From NCBI RefSeq assembly GCF_006345805.1, contig NW_021833686.1:1-55448 (forward strand): 55,448 nucleotides of DNA. Reading direction: 5' to 3'. The notes beneath the pieces were generated by a model, which was given only the letters and a program-made list of their open reading frames with translations, was not told the DNA's origin and searched no databases. Position 1 is the stretch's first letter, and every line of letters begins with the position of its first letter. Both the position numbers and the translations under genes were made by a program. Below, in pieces: positions 24,305 through 35,909 of the stretch. The stretch is from Octopus sinensis. Taxonomy: Eukaryota.

Positions 24305-24510
24305 TATAACTATAAATAAGGGCTAAAGAAAATTATTTCTATGCCAATATGCTGATAACAGACATTTAAATCGTCAATTTCCACATACTATTATATACCG
24401 TATTTCTGTGGTGGGTATATAATAATATGTGGAAAATGATTTAAAAGTCTGTTATCAGCATATTGGCACGGAAATAATTTTCTTTTGCCCTTGTTTATAA
24501 GTTATATATA
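24305..24510. repeat. About 200-bp foldback (MITE-like hairpin)
   Basis: TGCCAATATGCTGATAACAGAC pairs with GTCTGTTATCAGCATATTGGCA. Confidence 0.85.
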
Positions 24511-24611
24511 TATATATGTATATATATATGTGTGTGTGTATATATGTATATATATGTGTGTGTGTATATATGTATATATATGTATGTATGTATATAAGTT
24601 AAGTTAATTTT

Positions 24612-25100
24612 TTGGCTCAAAAACATAAAGCAAGGCCATGTAGAGGGACATGGAGTTATGTACAGGGAGGGTGTTCATGCAAAGAGTTGAGGCCATTTCT
24701 GGTCAAGAGAGACTTTGAACCGAGCGGTCGTTGGCATCTTCACTATCTCGTCCGGTAACTTATTCCACGGATCTGCAACCCGGACGGAGAAAGCCCCTCT
24801 CCTTCGATTGAGATGAAATCGTCGCAGATAGAGCTTTCCGGGGTGACCCCACAGCCGATACTCTGGAGCAGGAGTGAAGAACACCTCTTTCGAGAGGTTA
24901 CACTTTCCGCTTATGATGTTGTGAGCAAGAATGAGATCACCACGGCGTCGTCGTTTTTCTAGAGAATAAAGGTCAAGCGTCTTCAGCCTTTCTTCATAAG
25001 ACAAATGCTTGAGACCAAGAACCATGCGGGTAGCCAGCTTCTGGACTCTTTCGCGATGATGTATGTCTTTGAGGAGATAAGGAGAAGAGGCTTGCGTACA
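24612..25100 (-). mobile_element. CR1 LINE 3' fragment, absent from the ESD-B mirror position
   Basis: ORF 24675..25115 reads ERVQKLATRMV.GLKHLSYEERLKTLDLYSLEKRRRRGDLI. Homology with ESD-B stops at ...atctgtacg (9120/25096). Confidence 0.9.
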
Positions 25101-25234
25101 GATATACACACACAATATGCTGTATGTATATATATATAGTTAAATGACTCGGCTGCTCTCATTATTCCTTGAATTTTCATGCATTCTTTTATTTCTTTTC
25201 TACTTTTGTCAGATTCCTCAGTTTGAAAGTAATA

Positions 25235-25305
25235 ATGAGTAATCTTGAACAGGTATCATCGAACAAATGTTTTGGAGGCTTCCAGAAAGTCTTCAAACAT
25301 TCCAG
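25235..25305 (+). CDS. ESD: ESD-A coding exon 1 (S-formylglutathione hydrolase/esterase D), MSNLEQVSSNKCFGGFQKVFKHS
   Basis: Matches the ESD N-terminus (SSNKCFGG.QKVF.H.S). Acceptor ttttgtcAG at 25211-12 gives 22 nt of UTR. Donor CAG|GTAAAC, phase 2. Confidence 0.95.
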
Positions 25306-26132
25306 GTAAACAACACCCTTCCTTCTTTCCTTTCGTTTTTCCCTGCTTCCCTCTTTTACCTGTTTTTCTTCTTACCTATTTCAACGAAAATAATCGTATA
25401 CACACTAAATACCGTTTGAAAAACTCAACGAGATATTAAGACCGAGCTAAAGAATTCTTTGTTTCCAGATTGAAACGTAATTTATCATCACTTCGCAGGC
25501 ATAGCAATTGGTTCACCATTATCCCCAGCAGTAACAAACATCTATGCGAAGTACTTTAATAAAAGTCAGGTTCATTCTTTATTCATCATTATCATTCAGT
25601 GTCCACCTTGCGGTTTATTGGAGGCAGATTTTCTGCGACTGGGGTGCCCTTCCTGTCACCAACTCTCTGTTGTTTCCAAACAAGGTAATATTTCCCTATG
25701 ATCAGACATGTTTCTGTAGTAAATTGGGAGGGAATGACACTGCTTGTATGACAGGGGCATCCATTTTAGGACTAGCGCATGAAGTCAAGAAAAGGAGATA
25801 CCCTCACCTATCTCTCTCATCTCCATCCATCTATCTGTCTATCTACCTGTCTATCCATCTGTTTATCTATGTCTGTCTCTGTCTAACTGTGTGTCTATAT
25901 CTATCTGTCTTTCTTTATATATATCTGTCTTTCTATCTGTCTGTCTGTCTATCTATCTATCATCTATCTAGGTAGCTAGCTAGCTAGCTATTTTTCTATC
26001 TATCTGTCAGTCTATCTTTCTATCTATCTATTCATGTCTGTGTGTCTGTCTTCTGTCTGTCTGTCTATCTGTCTATTCATCTCTCTATTCATATGTCCAT
26101 CTGTCCATCTATCAATCAAATTCTCTTTTCAG

Positions 26133-26221
26133 TTCTGAATTGAAATGTGAAATGAAATTCGGTATTTATTTACCTGCGAAATCTGAATTTGGCAAACTTC
26201 CTGTGCTCTATTGGCTTTCCG
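26133..26221 (+). CDS. ESD: ESD-A coding exon 2, [29 protein letters not shown]
   Basis: ctcttttcAG acceptor, GTGAGT donor, 89 nt. Phases are compatible with both neighbours. MKF.IYLP...P.LYWLSG is the family motif. Confidence 0.95.
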
Positions 26222-27887
26222 GTGAGTTTAATTCCCTTAGTCCCTGATTCAATTACTGGTACTTGGTTAGATGGCAGGGGAGACAACTGACCATTTCTGG
26301 TACAAAAACCTCATCATCATCATTAAATTGTGGCCCTGCAGGAAGAAATTTACTTCCCCACTACAAGGTCCCAGGATCAGTGGTCTTCAACCAGGGTTCT
26401 GTGGAACCTTGGGGTTCTGCCAGTACAGTCCAGGGGTTCCACAAGAAGTTACAAAACTTCTAAAATCGGCAGTAATTTTTATTTCTCCTGTGCAGATATG
26501 TGTGCATAAGACTATTAAATTATTGCACAGGGGTTCCTCGAGCCAGTGGAATGTTTCCTTGGGGTTCCGCTCTAGCAAAAAGTTTGAAAAGCACTGCCTT
26601 AGGCAAATGTCTTCTACTATAGTTCCAGCTGACTAAAGACTTTTGAGTGAATTTGGTAGCCTAATGTTAAAAGAAGCCTGATGTGTTTGTGTGTGTGTGT
26701 ATAGGCATAGGAGTGGCTGTGTGGTAAGTAACTTGCATAGCAACCACATGGTTCTGGGTTCAGTCCCACTGAGTGGCATCTTGGGCAAATGTCTTCTGCT
26801 ATAGCCCCGGGCCGACCAATGCCTTGTGAGTGGATTTGGTAGATGGAAACTGAAAGAAGCCTGTCGTATATATGTATATATATATATATGTATGCGTGTG
26901 TGCTTGTGTGTCTGTGTTTGTCCCCCTAGCATTGTTTGACAACCGATGCTGGTGTGTTTATCATCCTCATTGTTTAATGTCCACTTTCCATACTGGCATA
27001 GATTTGGCAAAGTTTCCACGGCTCGTCTGTCGCTACGTTCTGAGTTTGAATTCCGCCGAGGTCAACTTTGTCTCTCATCCTTTTCATCATCATCATCATC
27101 ATCGTTTAACGTCCGTTTTCCATGCTAGCATGGGTTGGACGGCTCGACCAGGGTCTGGGAAGCCAGGAGGCTGCACCAGGCTTCAGTCTGATCTGCCCTT
27201 CCTAACGCCAACCACTCTGTGAGTGTAGTGGGTGCTTTTTACATGCTACCAGCACAGGTGCAAGGGGAATCTGGCAGTGGCCACGATCGGTCGGTGCTTT
27301 TAACGTGCCATCGGCACGGAAGCCAGTTAATGCGGCGCTGGCATCGGCCACGTTCGGATGGTGCTTATTTATGTGCCACCGGCACAGAAGCCAGTCAAGG
27401 CGGTGCTGGCATCGGCCATGTTCGGATGGTGCTTTTTATGTGCCACCGGCACAGAAGCCAGTCAAGGCGGTGCTGGCATCGGCAATGTTCGGATGGTGCT
27501 TTTTATGTGCCACCAGCACAGGTATCACAACTATTTCCATTTGATATTTATTTCGATGTTCATGTACTTGACTCAATAGGTCTCCTCAAGCACAGTGGGT
27601 TATTCTGAAATCCAAGGTACTTTGAATGGGCTGGGGCTATGCCGAGCTGGTGCAGGAAGCAGCCCGGGTCTTTGCAGTCACAGCATATCTCCAGGAGTTC
27701 AAATTCTATTTAGGTTAACTTTGCTTTTTCTTCTCTCAGAATCAATAAAATTTGTACCAGTCATATACTGTGAGCCAGTGTAATCGACTAGATTTTTTTC
27801 CTATTACAGTTGATTGCCTTATGGTCCCCCTGCCATCTCTGGTTCCTTTTGATTCTACCATTTCTCTTTAATTTCTTCCTCCTTTAG

Positions 27888-27986
27888 GTTTGACATGTAC
27901 TGAGCAGAATTTCGTAACAAAATCTGGTTTCCAAAGATATGCAGCAGAACACAACATCATCGTTGTTGCACCTGACACAAGTCCAA
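27888..27986 (+). CDS. ESD: ESD-A coding exon 3, [33 protein letters not shown]
   Basis: tttAG/GTAAGT boundaries, 99 nt. Contains the GLTC and APDTSP motifs. Confidence 0.95.
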
Positions 27987-28046
27987 GTAAGTATACAGTT
28001 TTGGCCATTTCTATACAACAATACCTCTGTTACTTCACCAAATACA

Positions 28047-28122
<76 letters not shown>

Positions 28123-28328
28123 TAAATAAATGGAGTTGAACGCAGATGCTATTCAAATTCTTTTACTTTCGACATATGTTTCGAAGACAAATAATCAAGC
28201 AAAATTCACGCAAGTAACATGGATGAAGCGACCTATTCAAAGATAGAAACTCCGGGTTAAGGTGCAGTAATTTGTATAGGAGAAATAAATAAATGAAGTT
28301 GAATGCAGATGTTATTAAAATTCTTTTA

Positions 28329-28411
28329 CTTTCGACATATGTTTCGAAGACAACATTGGTTTTATTCCAAAGGAATAAACGGTGTAAAATGCAATCTTCT
28401 CATCAGGAAAG
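28329..28411 (-). ncRNA. Second hammerhead, the inverted copy in the same palindrome
   Basis: Reverse complement has the same core and stems as 28467-28549. Confidence 0.78.
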
Positions 28412-28466
28412 AAAAAGAGCTTATCTCAACAACAAGACATTATAACAATTTTGATAGGCTCTCTTT

Positions 28467-28549
28467 CTTTCCTGATGAGAAGATTGCATTGTACACCGTT
28501 TATTCCTTTGGAATAAAACCAATGTTGTCTTCGAAACATATGTCGAAAG
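28467..28549 (+). ncRNA. Type-I hammerhead ribozyme with extended stem II
   Basis: CUUUC-CUGAUGA-GAAGAUUGCAUUG...CAAUGUUGUCUUC-GAAAC-AUAU-GUC-GAAAG. Confidence 0.8.
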
Positions 28550-28689
28550 TAAAAGAATTTGAATAACACCTGCGTTCAACTCCATTTATTTACTTATAAT
28601 ACACAAATTACTGCACATTAACCCGGAGTTTCTACCTTTGAAAAGGTCGCTACATCCTTGTTACTTGCGTGAATTTTGCTAACCTGGTA

Positions 28690-29580
28690 ACTGTTTATTG
28701 ATGATGTCAAACTGGTCGCTCCTCGCGGTGATATAGAGGATCTTCGTCGATGCCTCCACCAAATTTGGAGATGGTCTAACGAATGAGACCTGTGTCTGAA
28801 CGTGTCAAAGTGCTGTCATCTGCCTGTTGGCTCTCCTCCTGCAACTCAACTTGATTTTGAGCTGGGTCGTCTGCTGCTGGAGAGGACCGATCAGGTAAAG
28901 GACCTGGGTATCTTGGTGGATTCCTCCTTTTTGCCTTCGGCCCAGTGCGTCCATGCTGCCAACAAAGCACGTGGAATTCTGTTCTTGATTCGACGGTCAT
29001 TCGGAATGCTCACAGCAGCCATATTCCTACCGCTCTATGTCACACTGGTGAGACCCATATTGGAGTACAGGATTCAAGCCTCTTCTCCTTATCTCCTCAA
29101 AGACATACAGCATCTCGAAAGAGTCCAGAAGCTGGCTACCCGCATGGTTCTTGGTCTCAAGAATTTGTCTTCTGAAGAAAGGCTGAAGACGCTCGACCTT
29201 TATTCTCTAGAAAAACGCCGACGCTGTGGTGACCTCATTCTTGCCTACAACACCATAAGTGGAAAGTGTAACCTCTCGAAAGAGCTGTTCTTCACTCCTG
29301 CTCCAGAGCGTCGGCTGCGGGGTCATTCCGAAAAGCTCTATCTACGACGATTTCATCTCAATCAAAGAAGAGCTTTCTCCGTCCGGGTTGTGGATCCGTG
29401 GAATAAGCTGCCGGACGAGATAGTGAAGATGCCGACGACCGCTTTGTTCAAAGTCTCTCTTGACCATAAATGGCCTGAACTCTTTGCATGAACACCCTCC
29501 CTGTACATAACTCCATGTCCCCCTACATGGCCTTGCTTTTTGCTTTTTGAGCCAAAAAATTAACTAACTAACTAACTAAC
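28690..29580 (+). mobile_element. 5'-truncated CR1 LINE (RT C-terminus and 3' UTR, (TAAC)n tail)
   Basis: FIDDVKL, KDLGILVD, LVRPILEY and WNKLP motifs (ORF 28802..29491). Confidence 0.9.
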
Positions 29581-29631
29581 TATTGAATTTTCCATGTTAA
29601 CAGTAAACAAAGGATATTTCATTCATCCATT

Positions 29632-29673
<42 letters not shown>

Positions 29674-30254
29674 TGTATGTATTTATATATAAGAGGAATG
29701 GAAGATGGAGACAAACACACTGACAAATGAAGTGAGTTCATGGCTCGCAGGATGCCCTGCTGTGGTAACCTTGGATCGTAGAGTGACCTGCTGTGCTTGA
29801 AGAGACGTATTGAGTCAAGTATGTCAACATCAAAATAAAAGTCAAATGGAAATTGTAGTTGTGAGCCCTGTGCCGGTGGCATGTAAAAAGCACCATTAGA
29901 ACGTGGCAGATGCCAGCGCCACTTGATTGACATTCGTGTCGGCGACACGTAAAAAGCACCAGTCGATCGTGGCTGTTTGGCAGCCTCCTTTGGCCCCTGT
30001 GGCGGTGGCACGTAAAAAGCACGCTCTACACTCACGGAGTGGTTGGCGTTAGGAAGGGCATCCAGCTGTAGAAACACTGTCAGATCAGGCAGGAGCCTGG
30101 TGCAGCCTCCTGGCTTCCCAGATCCCGGTCGAACCGTCCAACCCATGCTAGCATGGAAAATGGACGTTAAACGATGATGATGTATATATATACATATATA
30201 CATATATATATATATATAGTTGTTTGTATTATTGTTGTCCTTCATGTTTTACAG

Positions 30255-30378
30255 GGGGCTGTAACATTGAGGGTGAAGATGATAGCTATGACTTTGGTTC
30301 CGGTGCTGGTTTCTATGTGGATGCAACTCAACCAAAATGGAGCACCAACTACCGAATGTATTCTTACATTGTAAAGAA
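30255..30378 (+). CDS. ESD: ESD-A coding exon 4, [40 protein letters not shown](KE); 1 nt short at 3' end
   Basis: ttttacAG acceptor; [13 protein letters not shown] and NYRMYSY motifs. It is 124 nt to GTAAGT, but 125 nt is needed for frame. Confidence 0.92.
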
Positions 30379-30819
30379 GTAAGTTCTACCATTTTACAAA
30401 CATTTACCGCCACCATCACCACCACCACCACCTTTATTTCATGTCACCTTTATATATAAAACTGAAGTTGTGTGTGTGTCTGTCTACTCCGATTTAGATT
30501 CCTAACTACTACCACATTTTGCGGTGCAGTTTAACCAAAAGCGGGTATCCTATAGTCGTGATTCATATCGAGCCCTTCTGGGTATTAGCGCGCGTCTACG
30601 ATGAGTCTACAATTTATAAAAATATTTACCATCATTTTTTCGTTTTTTTTAATGCATTTTTTGCTCTGTTTATATAAGGGAAGTAACTCTCTAAAATGCT
30701 TATAGTTATTTCCCTTACAAACCGAGCAACGCCGGGCGATACTGCTAGTTATTATTATTATTCTATTATTATTATTATTAGATTCATGCGTAACAAACCA
30801 TGATTTTGATGTATTTCAG

Positions 30820-30884
30820 CTGCCAAAATTGATAGAATCCAACTTCCCAGTCTTACCAGAAAAGAAATCCATTTCTGGCCATAG
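30820..30884 (+). CDS. ESD: ESD-A coding exon 5, LPKLIESNFPVLPEKKSISGH(S); catalytic Ser codon split AG|C
   Basis: atttcAG/GTGAGT boundaries, 65 nt. First half of the GHSMGG nucleophile elbow. Confidence 0.95.
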
Positions 30885-32461
30885 GTGAGTCAGAAATTTC
30901 TTTTCTTTGACCCTTTGCCAATCCTTGTCCCTTCATGCCCCTTAAAAAAAACAAAGCCTTTAAAAAATTTCACTGATTTTAGATTAAACTTTTATGGTAA
31001 GCTTTCACGGTCTGGAACAGAAGGACCCTATGCGACTGTTCGCTACGGGTGTCAACCCCCTACTGAACATGCCGTATGCTCAGTCCGATTCTTCCTGGCA
31101 AGATCATGTCCAAACAAGTAGGGGCAGGTTTGCGTTGCGAAAATGCAACCAAGGAAATATTTTAAGAATCTTATTTCTTTATTACCCAAAAGGGGCTAAT
31201 CATAGAGGGAAGAAACAAGGGCAGACAAACGGATTAAATCGATTACATCGATCCCCAGTGCGTCACTGGTACTTAATTTATCGACCCCGAAAGGATGAAA
31301 GGCAAAGTCGACCTCGGCAGAATTTGAACTCAGAACGTAACGGCAGACAAAATACCTATTTCTTTACTACCCAAAAGGGGCTAAACATAGAGGGAACAAA
31401 TTAAGTACCAGTGACGCACTAGGGTCGATATAATCAACTTAATCCGTCTGTCTGTCCTTTTGTCCTCTCTGTGGGCCTTGTGGGCAGTAAAGAAAAAGGT
31501 ATTTTGTCTGCCGTTAAATTTTGAGTTCAAATTCCGCCGAGGTCGACTTTGCCTTTCATCCTTTCAGGATCGATAAATTAAGTACCAGTTACGGACTGGG
31601 GTCGATATAATCGACTTAATCCCTTTGTCTGTCCTTGTTTGTACTTTGTGTGTTTAGCCCCTTGTGGGCAGAAAAAAAAACGTATTTTGTCTGCCGTTAA
31701 ATTTTTGAGTTCAAATTCTGCCGAGGTCGACTTTGCCTTTCATCCTTTCGGAGTCGATAAATAAAGTACCAGTTAATCAACTTAATCCATTTGTCTGTCC
31801 CTGATTGTCCCCTCCGTGTCTAGCCCCTTGTGGGCAGTAAAGAAACAACAAACATATATACAATGGGCTTCGTTTAGTTTCTGTCTCCCAAATCCACTCA
31901 AGGGTTTGATCTCCCTGAGGCTATAGTAGAAGACATTCACCCAATCTGCCAGGTAATGGGACTGAACCTGGAACCATGGGGTTGGGAAGCAAACTTCTTA
32001 CCACTCAACCACACCTGTACCTGTAATTACCTTCTTAATGGCGGTGAGCTGGCAGAAACGTTAGCGCGCCGGGCGAAATGCGTAGCTGTATTTTGTCTAC
32101 CGTTACGTTCTGAGTTCAAATTCCGCCGAGGTCGACTTTGCCTTTCATCCTTTCGGGGTCGATTAAATGAGTACCAGTTACGCACTGGGGGTCGATGTAA
32201 TCGACTTAATACCTATGTCTGTCCTTGTTTGTCCCCTCTATGTTTAGCCCCTTGTGGGTAGTAAAGAAATAGGTATCTTTCAGCTTCTCTGTGTTCCTTA
32301 CTCTCATGGATTTGGTTGGCCCAGGGCTGTTTTAGAAGTCAGTAGGATTGAACCTGGCCCCACATGTTTGGAACCATGGGGACTGGGAAGCAAACTTCTT
32401 ACCACTCAACCACACCTGTACCTGTAATTACCTTCTAATTATCCCCTTCTTTATGTTGCAG

Positions 32462-32614
32462 CATGGGCGGACATGGTGCCTTGGTGATAGCCTTAAAGAA
32501 TCCAACAGGGTACAAGTCTGTGAGTGCCTTTGCCCCAATCTGTAACCCAGTTAAATGTAACTGGGGTAAAAGGCCTTTACAGGGTATTTGGGTGAAAAGG
32601 AAGATGATTGGCAT
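32462..32614 (+). CDS. ESD: ESD-A coding exon 6, [36 protein letters not shown](K)[14 protein letters not shown]; 1-nt deletion in an A-run near 32568
   Basis: ttgcAG/GTAAGT boundaries. Motifs MGGHGAL and [21 protein letters not shown] is restored by adding one A. Confidence 0.92.
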
Positions 32615-32904
32615 GTAAGTATTAATAAATTTTATCAGCATCAGCAGCATATGTTTTTATGTGCTACTATTAGTTTCATGTGCTGAGAGCATGCCAAACA
32701 GCATTTTTGAACAAGTCTGGTGGTCCTATAGCACAATGCCTGATGGTTTTGCTAGGACACCAGACATGTTAAAAATATGCCTAGCATGTTCTCAGCATAT
32801 AAAATTAATAGTAGCACATAAAAACATATATTGTTTTTATCAAATGATATTTATCTCTCACCAGACGGAGTACATTTTTGTGTTGATCTGACCATGTGTG
32901 ATTC

Positions 32905-33445
32905 TTACTGAGCTGCAAACGATGATGTCACCGATTGTTGCTGAACTGCAAATGATGATGTCATTGATTGTTGCTGAACTGCAAATGATGATGTCACCGA
33001 TTGTTGCTGAACTGCAAATGATGATGTCACTGATTGTTGCTGAACTGCAAATGATGATGTCACTGATTGTTGCTGAACTACAAATGATGATGTCATTGAT
33101 TGTTGCTGAGCTGCAAACGATGATGTCACCGATTGTTGCTGAATGCAAATGATGATGTCATTGAATTGTTGCTGAGCTGCAAATGATGATGTCACTGATT
33201 GTTGCTGAACTGCAAATGATGATGTCATTGATTGTTGCTGAGCTGCAAACGATGATCACCGATTGTTGCTGAACTGCAAATGATGATGTCATTGATTGTT
33301 GCTGAGCTGCAAATGATGATGTCACTGATTGTTGCTGAACTGCAAATGATGATATCACCGATTGTTGCTGAACTGCAAATGATGATGTCATTGATTCTTG
33401 CTGAGCTGCAAACGATGACGTCACTGATTGTTGCTGAACTGCAAA
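32905..33445. repeat. 33-bp minisatellite, about 16 copies, in ESD-A intron
   Basis: Unit TGATGATGTCA(C/T)TGATTGTTGCTGAACTGCAAA. Confidence 0.95.
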
Positions 33446-33618
33446 TTGTGATCTCACATTCTTTAGAACATTGACACACACACACACACAATCCACAGAG
33501 GTGTACATAACTTGAGGAGAGCAACATGTCAGTAAACAACCAGGTTTAATCATGAAATATTTGAAGAACTGATAGTTTTAAAGTCTGTTTCTTAAATGTG
33601 TTTTTTTCATTTACCTAG

Positions 33619-33684
33619 GAATATGATACCTGTAGTTTGATCAAGAAGAACGGAAGTCCATTTGCTGACATCCTCATTGACCAG
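33619..33684 (+). CDS. ESD: ESD-A coding exon 7, EYDTCSLIKKNGSPFADILIDQ
   Basis: cctAG/GTAACT boundaries, 66 nt, phase 0-0. YD and ILIDQ family motifs. Confidence 0.9.
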
Positions 33685-34867
33685 GTAACTGTAGTTAATC
33701 ACTTTCTGACCCACTTTGCAAAACAGGTATTCTAATAAGACGCACAGACACACCCAGGCACATTGTCTCTTTTGCCGAACCGCTAAGTTACGGTGACGTA
33801 ACATACCAGCATCGGTTGTCAAATGATATTGGTGGGACAAACACGGACACACAAACACATACCTATATATACATATATACGACGGGCTTCTTTCAGTTTC
33901 CGCTGAGGTCAACTTTGCCTTTCATCTTTTCAGGGTCGATAAAATAAGTACCAGTTTCGTACTGAGGTCAATCTAATTGGCTGGCCCCCTCCCCCAATTA
34001 CATCGTCATCATCATCGTTTAATGTCCGTTTTCCATGCTAGCATGGGTTGGATGTTTTGACCAGGGTCTGGGAAGCCAGGAGGCTGCATCAAGCTCCAGT
34101 CTGATCTGGCAGTGTTTCTACAGCTGGATGCCCTTCCAAATGCCAACCACTCCGTGAGTGTAGTGGGTGCTTTTTAAGTGCCACCGGCATAGGTATCATA
34201 ACTACAATTTCCATTTGATTTTTATTTTGATGTTGGTGTTGATGTCCTTGACTCAATAGGTCTCCTCAAGCACAGTGGGGTCACTCTACGATCCAAGGTT
34301 AGCACAGCAGGCCGTCCTGCGTGCCATGAACTCACTTCATTTGTCGGGTTTGATTGAATTATGTGACTGCTAAAAGGTTGGTTTAGTATTGTAGAGTTGA
34401 GGCTATCATTAGGTGAGACAAGCTGACTGACAGGTGACGGTCGTTTAAAAAAAGCGCGGGCTAAAACTACGCGCCTTCACTAGTCAGTTAAGGTGAGACA
34501 GTGTCACGTGACAACTTGCTGGAGCCTATGCGGCAGGTATTTAAATGGAAAAATTTGACAAGACAGTCAGTCACCGGCTGACACTCGCTGACGATACATC
34601 GAAGAGGCCAGGGAACAGAAGAAAGAAGACATGCACCCAACACCAGAGCTGAAGACACCTCCAAAAGGGGAGCCCCGCCACGTCATAACGGTAGAGGAGT
34701 AGGGGCCAAAACCGGACGTGGTTCCTCCTGATGATGTCTTGAGCTAACTGGATCCTATAAAGGAGCTGTTGTGGTAGCAGACCACGAAACACGGTTGTAA
34801 TTCCTCCATTTTAGGATTGAAACCAGATTAGGTCTGGATTAATTGGGATTTTAATTTTGTATTTTAG

Positions 34868-34966
34868 GGTTTGGCTGATGACTTTCTAAAGGAGCAGTTA
34901 TTAACAGAGAATTTGGAGAAGGCTACTGCGGAGAAAAATGTTGTAGCCACAGTCCGGAAACAAGAG
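34868..34966 (+). CDS. ESD: ESD-A coding exon 8, GLADDFLKEQLLTENLEKATAEKNVVATVRKQE (catalytic Asp region)
   Basis: ttttAG/GTAAGA boundaries, 99 nt. G..D.FL..QL motif. Confidence 0.92.
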
Positions 34967-35083
34967 GTAAGAACTTGGAATATCATCATCTTTTGCCGAA
35001 CCGCTAAGTTACGGGGACATAAACACACCAGCATCGGTTATCAAGCGATGTTGGGGGGGACAAACACAGACACACAAACATAT

Positions 35084-35142
<59 letters not shown>

Positions 35143-35909
35143 TGATGGGCTTCTTTAAGTTTCCGTTCACCAAATCCACTCACAAGGCTTTGGTTGGCCC
35201 GAAGTTATTGTAGAAGACACTTGCCCAAGGTGCCACGCAGTGGGACCGAACCCGGAATCATGTGGTTGGTAAGCAAGCTACTTACCACACACCCACTCCT
35301 AGTGTGTACTTTCCATACATAACAGAAGGTGTGATTTGATGGAGATTTGGTTGCTATTTCTGGCAGGACAAGTTGCTACGTAGAGGCTCTCTCGCTTTTA
35401 CTAGGAGTCCTTCAAAAGGGTTCTACTTGTTTTGGGAGTAAAAGACTTAATCACTCACTGCTTTACACCACCACCACTGCCATTCTGATTCTTCTTGAGG
35501 GAATACATAAAGAATACATGTATGTCTGTGGAATACTCTACCACTTACCAGTTCAGTTACTCAAACAACTGAATCCTTATCATCCAAATCACTGAAGATC
35601 CATCATCATCACCATCGTCATCTTAATTGTCATCATCGTTAATTAACATCTGTTTTTACATGCTGGCATGGGTCGGATGGATTGACAGGATCCAGTGAGT
35701 CTCCAGGGATGCCTTATGCTCCAATGGTTTCTTTGCTTGGATACGGCCCTTCCAACTAATACCAGCTATTACAGTATGTACTTAGTGCTGTTCTCGTGCT
35801 ACAGGCACTAGTGAAGTTGCTGAGTAACTTGCTCAAGAGATAGAAGATCTAAGACTAAGTGTGTGTGTGTGTGTGTTTGTGCAGTATTTAAAAAATTTCA
35901 AAAAATTTT

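Larger units (their letters stand above)
28120..28682. mobile_element. Palindromic Penelope-derived element with two hammerheads and a partial third repeat
   Basis: Inverted arms centred near 28435. A direct repeat of the terminal block occurs at 28125-28190 and 28285-28350. Confidence 0.65.

Noticed and set aside
1-31935. Possibility that the inverted duplication is purely an assembly artefact
   Set aside because: The arms differ by in-frame coding changes, private TE insertions and diverged promoters, which a fold-back chimera would not produce. Read-level confirmation is still advisable.
32858-33553. MMMSLIVAELQ repeat ORFs
   Set aside because: 33-bp minisatellite in an intron, with frames broken by indels.
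34874-34895. CTGATGA-CTTT/AAAG in ESD exon 8 (and CTGATGA at about 4335)
   Set aside because: No GAAA/NUH or stem I, so these are chance matches in coding or HINE sequence.
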